Shown piece after piece: positions 20,637-25,124 of a stretch of 25,124 nucleotides of DNA (positions are counted from its first letter, which is position 1; the number at the start of each line of letters is the position of its first letter). Source of the stretch: a virus (Duplodnaviria; Heunggongvirae; Uroviricota; Caudoviricetes). The DNA lies in the IMG/VR virus record IMGVR_UViG_2703718836_000005, positions 1-25,124 of that record. One strand, 5' to 3'. The position numbers and the translations under genes are program-made. A model generated the notes under the pieces. That model was not told the origin of the DNA. It made no database searches and saw nothing but the letters and a program-made list of their open reading frames with translations.

Positions 20637-21240
20637 GACTGTTTTTTGTGTCGGTAGCGGTCCGTCACTCACTCGTGAGGACTGTGCTGCTATAGAAAAA
20701 ACTGGCTGTTCAATCATCGCGGTTAACAATTCCTGGCAGATGTTCGATGACATTTATGCCTTATACGCCGGTGATTTGTCATGGTGGAAGCAATACGGAT
20801 CCACCATACCGGGAGGGAAATTCCGCAAAGTGACAGCCAACCTGGCGGCGGCGAAATCATTTTCGTTGGAGTACAGGCGATATTGTGGACCGGCGGAAGG
20901 GGTAAATAGCGGCGCGCAGGCTATCAGTCTGGCTGCTGAATCAGGGGCTGAAGTAGTTGTATTAGTCGGCTATGACTGTTCTCTGCAAAACGGCCTTCAT
21001 TGGCATGGCGCGCACCCTCAAGCCCTACGGAATCCAACGCAGGTGTCTATTTCAAAATGGCAACAGCAGTTCCTGGATACCCGCAAAAAACACGCAGATT
21101 TACATATTTTGAATGCAAGTAGGAGCAGTGCAATTCAATGTTTCCCAAGAATAAATTTAGAGGCAGTGATCGCGTTATTATCGTCGGCAGTGGCCCAAGC
21201 GCCGCAAAGTTTGTTGCGCCGCGCGGAGTGCCGATTATAG
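20599..21240 (+). CDS. sialyltransferase-like / MptE-like (DUF115, GT42-like) protein, paralog 1
   Basis: VFCVGSGPSL...IIAVNNS...NSGAQAISLAAESGAEVVVLVGYDCS resembles the GNGPSL and SG...YLSGIDFY motifs of Campylobacter Cst-II type enzymes; TTG start at 20599 has SD GGAGG 6 nt upstream (alternatives ATG 20611 or 20578). Confidence 0.55.
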   Translation: MQLRMNIPPRATRTVFCVGSGPSLTREDCAAIEKTGCSIIAVNNSWQMFDDIYALYAGDLSWWKQYGSTIPGGKFRKVTANLAAAKSFSLEYRRYCGPAEGVNSGAQAISLAAESGAEVVVLVGYDCSLQNGLHWHGAHPQALRNPTQVSISKWQQQFLDTRKKHADLHILNASRSSAIQCFPRINLEAVIALLSSAVAQAPQSLLRRAECRL

Positions 21241-21764
21241 CGGTCAATGGGGCCATCGACTGGCTGAACCGCGCTTCTTATTTTTTCACACTTGATCCAT
21301 CGCCAGACAATATGCGGCGCGTTGGTCGTGGCCGCCGTCGCCGTGGTGTTTGTTATTGCATGGCACTACCCGATGCTAAAGAACGTGAAGTCAGAGACGG
21401 CGTTCTGTGCTTCCGTCGTGTGGCTGAACGTGGCATGGAGCCAAAAAATATGAATTCTCCCGAGTGGTGGGCGTGGCGCTGGTCCGCACATTTCGGACTT
21501 TGCGAAGATGAGAATGAAATTGCCAGCGGCAATAGTGCATATGGCGCTCTGAACCTGGCTTTCCATATCGGATTCAAACATGTCGCCCTGGTGGGCGTTG
21601 ACGCTACACAAGAACCACGCGTTCACTCCGGCGGCACGCCAAAAAATCTAAGTCACCTGCCTTTGTTATTCCAGTCTGCGCGTGAACAGATTGACGTTGT
21701 TTCATGCGGGAAAATGGGAGGTATTCCGCAGATGACTCTTAAAGAATGGCTGAAGAATACATGA
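21138..21764 (+). CDS. sialyltransferase-like / MptE-like protein, paralog 2
   Basis: [10 protein letters not shown]...IIAVNGA...[27 protein letters not shown] parallels paralog 1; overlaps paralog 1 by about 100 nt in another frame. Confidence 0.6.
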   Translation: MFPKNKFRGSDRVIIVGSGPSAAKFVAPRGVPIIAVNGAIDWLNRASYFFTLDPSPDNMRRVGRGRRRRGVCYCMALPDAKEREVRDGVLCFRRVAERGMEPKNMNSPEWWAWRWSAHFGLCEDENEIASGNSAYGALNLAFHIGFKHVALVGVDATQEPRVHSGGTPKNLSHLPLLFQSAREQIDVVSCGKMGGIPQMTLKEWLKNT

Positions 21765-22438
21765 TGGCACCCACAATTTATCACCGTATCGACGGTACCA
21801 AATACAGGAATGTCTGGGTTGTTGGTGATCTGCATGGTTGCTACACCAGACTGATGTCCGAACTCCATCGTGTGGATTTTGACCCGGCGCAGGATTTACT
21901 GATATCGGTCGGCGACCTTATCGATCGCGGTACTGAAAATGTCGAATGTCTGGAACTATTGCAGATGCCCTGGTTCAGGGCAGTGATGGGGAACCATGAG
22001 CGGCTGATGATTGATGCGTTAAGTCCAGATGGCAACGTGAATAACTGGCTAATGAATGGCGGACAATGGTTCTTCATGCTGGACACTGATCAGGAAATAT
22101 TAGCCTGGGCGCTGGTGGAGCTGGTAAAGCGTCTGCCCTATATCATTGAGTTGAACACCGGGCAAGAAAATATCGTTATAGCCCATGCCGACTATCCGGA
22201 TAATGAATACCAATTCGGTAAGGAGGTGCCGCTTTTCAACGTTGTCTGGGCGCGCGAGCGTATCAGTGATTCGATGGATGATATTGGTGGCGAAATTTCG
22301 GGCGCAGATCGTTTTATCTTTGGTCACACTCCGGTGAAAAGCCCGAAGACATTCTGGAATCAGCAGTATATCGACACTGGTGCCGTATTTTGCGGAAACC
22401 TGACATTGATGAAAGTGAAAGGTGATGGTGCAGCATGA
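21761..22438 (+). CDS. ppp: Ser/Thr protein phosphatase, lambda PP-like (calcineurin-like metallophosphatase)
   Basis: GDLHG, GDLIDRG, GNHE and downstream blocks nearly colinear with lambda PP as I recall it; start chosen at the ATG that overlaps the upstream stop (ATGA); the ORF track starts at 21746. Confidence 0.85.
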   Translation: MMAPTIYHRIDGTKYRNVWVVGDLHGCYTRLMSELHRVDFDPAQDLLISVGDLIDRGTENVECLELLQMPWFRAVMGNHERLMIDALSPDGNVNNWLMNGGQWFFMLDTDQEILAWALVELVKRLPYIIELNTGQENIVIAHADYPDNEYQFGKEVPLFNVVWARERISDSMDDIGGEISGADRFIFGHTPVKSPKTFWNQQYIDTGAVFCGNLTLMKVKGDGAA

Positions 22439-23136
22439 AGATTGCTTTAGTTTTTCGCTCTGGTGGTGACTATAACGCTTCCGATGTGCAGTGGCTGGTT
22501 AATCAACTGCCAAAAGGCTATGAAATTATTTGCCTGACAGACCTGAAGCGTTTACATGTACCTGGCGTCAAAGTTGTCCCATTGATCAACCAGTGGCAAA
22601 AGTGCCGTGGCTGGTGGGCGAAAATAGAGTTGTTCCGACCGGATATAACCGATGATCTGTTCTATCTGGATTTGGACACGGTTATTGCCGGTGATATACG
22701 CCCAATCCTAGAGCATCCACCAACCAGCTTCACCATGCTTAGGGATTTTTACCATCCACAATATCGTGGCAGCGGTGCCCTGTGGATACCAAATAGTGTT
22801 AAAGCGCATATCTGGAGTTCATTCTGGCAAGATCCGGAAGGTTGGATTTCTCGTTGTGTCACTACTGAGTGCTGGGGTGACCAGGGGTTCTTACGAAAGG
22901 TTATGGGCGATGATACACCAGCATTTCAGGATCTGTATCCAGGATGGTTTGTAAGTTACAAGGCCGATGTTGTGGAACCTGGTTCAAAATATGCGAGCGC
23001 GCGTTACTCCAGGGGGAATGGGGCATTACCAAAAGACTGCCGAATAATCTTTTTCCACGGCAAACCGCGACCTCGCGAAGTGTCAGAGGATTGGCTTCCC
23101 CTTATCAGCTCATTTTTTGAGCGAGAATCAGAATAA
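22435..23136 (+). CDS. putative GT-A fold glycosyltransferase with DxD motif
   Basis: YLDLDTV (DxD) and [10 protein letters not shown] blocks; ATG overlaps the ppp stop (ATGA). Confidence 0.55.
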   Translation: MKIALVFRSGGDYNASDVQWLVNQLPKGYEIICLTDLKRLHVPGVKVVPLINQWQKCRGWWAKIELFRPDITDDLFYLDLDTVIAGDIRPILEHPPTSFTMLRDFYHPQYRGSGALWIPNSVKAHIWSSFWQDPEGWISRCVTTECWGDQGFLRKVMGDDTPAFQDLYPGWFVSYKADVVEPGSKYASARYSRGNGALPKDCRIIFFHGKPRPREVSEDWLPLISSFFERESE

Positions 23137-23205
23137 TATTGCTCTAATAATTCCATATTTTTAAAACGTGATGTACACTCATCACGTTTTTTATTAGAGC
23201 AATAT
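23136..23205. terminator. terminator hairpin nested inside a perfect 15-bp inverted repeat of the operator-like motif
   Basis: ATATTGCTCTAATAA at 23136-23150 and its exact reverse complement at 23191-23205; between them an 11-bp stem AAAACGTGATG / CATCACGTTTT (23163-23190) with a 6-nt loop and flanking T-run. Confidence 0.55.
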
Positions 23206-23217
23206 ACAAGGTGCACT

Positions 23218-23436
23218 ATGTGGCCATTCCGACGGAAATATCACTACTGGCTGATCGCCTTTGTTACGCCGACCGGCGGTATCAGGCATGTCATCACCAG
23301 GTATCGCAACAAGAGACTCACCTTAGCCAGAATTTTACAGGCTGCCATAGGTGAGGGACTGGATACAAATTGCGTAGTCCTTCCTCCTTCATACTTAGGA
23401 AAAATGACCGAAGCACAAGCTAATACGGAACTTTGA
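23218..23436 (+). CDS. small hypothetical protein
   Basis: 72-aa ORF, SD AAGG 7 nt upstream; stop adjacent to the next start. Confidence 0.4.
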   Translation: MWPFRRKYHYWLIAFVTPTGGIRHVITRYRNKRLTLARILQAAIGEGLDTNCVVLPPSYLGKMTEAQANTEL

Positions 23437-23437
23437 A

Positions 23438-24700
23438 ATGATCACTTCAGCACAAAACCAATCAATCGAAAATGTATCTATCCCTGACGTCCTGAATGCC
23501 GGTATCCCGGCCATTATCCAGAACATCCGGGCCGCGCAACGCCGCGTTAGTTGTGATGACCTCACAGCGCGTTTTTTTGATAATGCGGTTCAGTCAGCGG
23601 AGATGCTTCACGCACAGCTTATTGATGTTTATAACGCAGAAGCTGATAGCCATAACTCCTTGGTAGATGCAGCTGAAAATATGCAGTTGGATCTCGGTCT
23701 GAAGGATAAAGAAATTGAAGAGCTTCAGCTGCAAATTGAACATTTGAAACGCCAGCAACAGGACGCGATCGACGATGCGACGCATGACGCCAACCAGCGT
23801 GCTGATAATGCCGAACGTATAAGCATTGAGCTGGAAACAAAACTCAATGAAATGACCGCGATGGTTGAACTGCGGAACTCACAGATTTCAACGCTAAAAT
23901 CTCAATATAAAGAGATCATGAAACTTGATCCTTTTAACCTTGAGAAACGCTATAACAAAGCTAAAAGCGAGCGACAGGAACTGCGTAAGCAGGTCGCCGA
24001 CCTTAACCAACAGCTCAAAAAAACTATTAAAGATGCAAGCGAGGCGCGCGTGGCATTTGCTAATAAAAAAGCAGAGGTTACCGCGCTGGTTAATGAGAAT
24101 GCCAAATTTGCGACGCTCAAGAAGGAAATGTATGGCATTACTGAGCGCCGTTTCCCTGCAAGCAAACTTCATCCGACGTTAGGGCAAATCTCCTTCTTCC
24201 CGCGCCTCCTGGCTTATGGGATCTCATCGCCTAAAGAGTTCAATAACGAGCGTCCTTATATCGTTTCTAAGCTGGACTTTGCTTATCAGTTCTGCTGCGA
24301 CATGGGCTATGCCATTGATATCCGAATCAACGAATGGTTGATGCCAAACTTCCAGCCGTTGGCAATTTTCCGCGAGTTCCAGCCGGAAGGTTGGGTAGAG
24401 TTCTTCCATGAATTGATCTGTAAAGAGATGGAAAGCCGCCACCCGGAACTGGTCCGTCGAGTTGAGTGGGCGCAAGAGGTTATGTTAGCAGATGCAGAGC
24501 TGCCGTTCGAACCGGAATTCATTGATGATCTGGCAACTAAAGGGCTGCATACCCTGTTTGATGTGGTTACCCGCCGTCATGAGCAGTTGGTTGTCGAATT
24601 GGGGTTAGAGGAAACAGCGGCAAGAAGACTTCTTGATGTTTGCTATGCACTTAGCGATGCATGGGAAAAAGAGAACGGCGGTACTATTTACGTTCGCTGA
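23438..24700 (+). CDS. hypothetical coiled-coil protein
   Basis: 420-aa ORF; the central 250 aa are heptad-like and rich in E/K/Q/L; followed by an intrinsic terminator. Confidence 0.6.
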   Translation: MITSAQNQSIENVSIPDVLNAGIPAIIQNIRAAQRRVSCDDLTARFFDNAVQSAEMLHAQLIDVYNAEADSHNSLVDAAENMQLDLGLKDKEIEELQLQIEHLKRQQQDAIDDATHDANQRADNAERISIELETKLNEMTAMVELRNSQISTLKSQYKEIMKLDPFNLEKRYNKAKSERQELRKQVADLNQQLKKTIKDASEARVAFANKKAEVTALVNENAKFATLKKEMYGITERRFPASKLHPTLGQISFFPRLLAYGISSPKEFNNERPYIVSKLDFAYQFCCDMGYAIDIRINEWLMPNFQPLAIFREFQPEGWVEFFHELICKEMESRHPELVRRVEWAQEVMLADAELPFEPEFIDDLATKGLHTLFDVVTRRHEQLVVELGLEETAARRLLDVCYALSDAWEKENGGTIYVR

Positions 24701-24722
24701 TAGTTACAGTGTCACTTTTAAT

Positions 24723-24754
24723 GCTGGTGGAGTGCGTCCCACCAGCATTTTTTT
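24723..24754 (+). terminator. intrinsic terminator
   Basis: GCTGGTGG-AGTGCGTC-CCACCAGC (8-bp stem) followed by ATTTTTTT. Confidence 0.6.
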
Positions 24755-24773
24755 CGTCCAATGGGGAGGGTAT

Positions 24774-24941
24774 TTGAGTATTTTCAACAAACACGCACAC
24801 CAGGAGCGTCCGTACATCGTCATAGTCGATATTGATGGAACAATATCAGAAGCAATTGAAGACAGGCTGCATTTGCTTCCGCTGCCGGGGAAAGGAGCAT
24901 TAATATTGATATGGGGCACGTTTACACAGTCTGGTTTGTAA
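24774..24941 (+). pseudogene. possible HAD-like phosphatase fragment (DxDGT motif)
   Basis: IVIVDIDGTI resembles HAD motif I; the frame ends after about 55 codons; TTG start with SD GGAGG. Confidence 0.2.
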
Positions 24942-25124
24942 CCGGGTACTGTGAGAACGCCAGGGATAAAACACGAGCCTGGTTGCGGAAAAAATAACAA
25001 ACGTAGCCGAACTGTGCGACGGAGATGACAAAAGGAGGGTTACAAAATAAATCGGCTCAATAGACATTATCTGCAGTGGCGAAAGCTGTTTTGATACGGA
25101 TATTGGTAATGCTGCCAACTTACT

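Noticed and set aside
24704-25118. Minus-strand ORFs 24704-25000 and 24900-25118 at the right edge
   Set aside because: They are antisense to the terminator and to the possible HAD-like fragment, have no start context, and show no recognisable motif.

Overview
This window reads as a P1-family phage-plasmid (plasmid prophage) segment. Left third: a complete P1-type maintenance module on the minus strand (parS, parB, parA, the incA iteron array, repA, then oriR with inverted iterons, a GATC cluster and tandem DnaA boxes), preceded by the 5' part of a large probable head-protein gene that runs off the left edge. Next is a leftward operon of small late-type genes (PAAR-like protein, unknown 262-aa protein, a TM/coiled-coil protein overlapped out of frame by a lipoprotein gene, and a upfA-like gene), then a rightward operon of a small ORF, an RdgC homolog and a fused C5-cytosine/N6-adenine DNA methyltransferase. 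The centre (about 10.6-14.7 kb) is a mosaic accessory region: a perfect 17-bp operator-like site overlapping a sigma70 promoter, a structured terminator-capped transcript, an IS200/IS605-family TnpB-only element, about 730 bp without ORFs, a low-GC islet whose two ORFs share one frame split by a single amber codon, a tRNA 3'-end-like fragment and a truncated glycosyltransferase gene. The right half has a six-gene leftward structural operon (gpV-like baseplate spike, SWIM zinc-finger protein, others) and a divergent rightward operon (zinc-ribbon protein, VRR-NUC nuclease, two paralogous sialyltransferase/MptE-like proteins, a lambda-PP-like Ser/Thr phosphatase, a DxD glycosyltransferase). A 17-bp motif matching the P1 C1 operator consensus as I recall it (ATTGCTCTAATAAATTT) recurs at the heads or ends of these units. 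All identifications are by eye from the translations and sequence; no database search was run.
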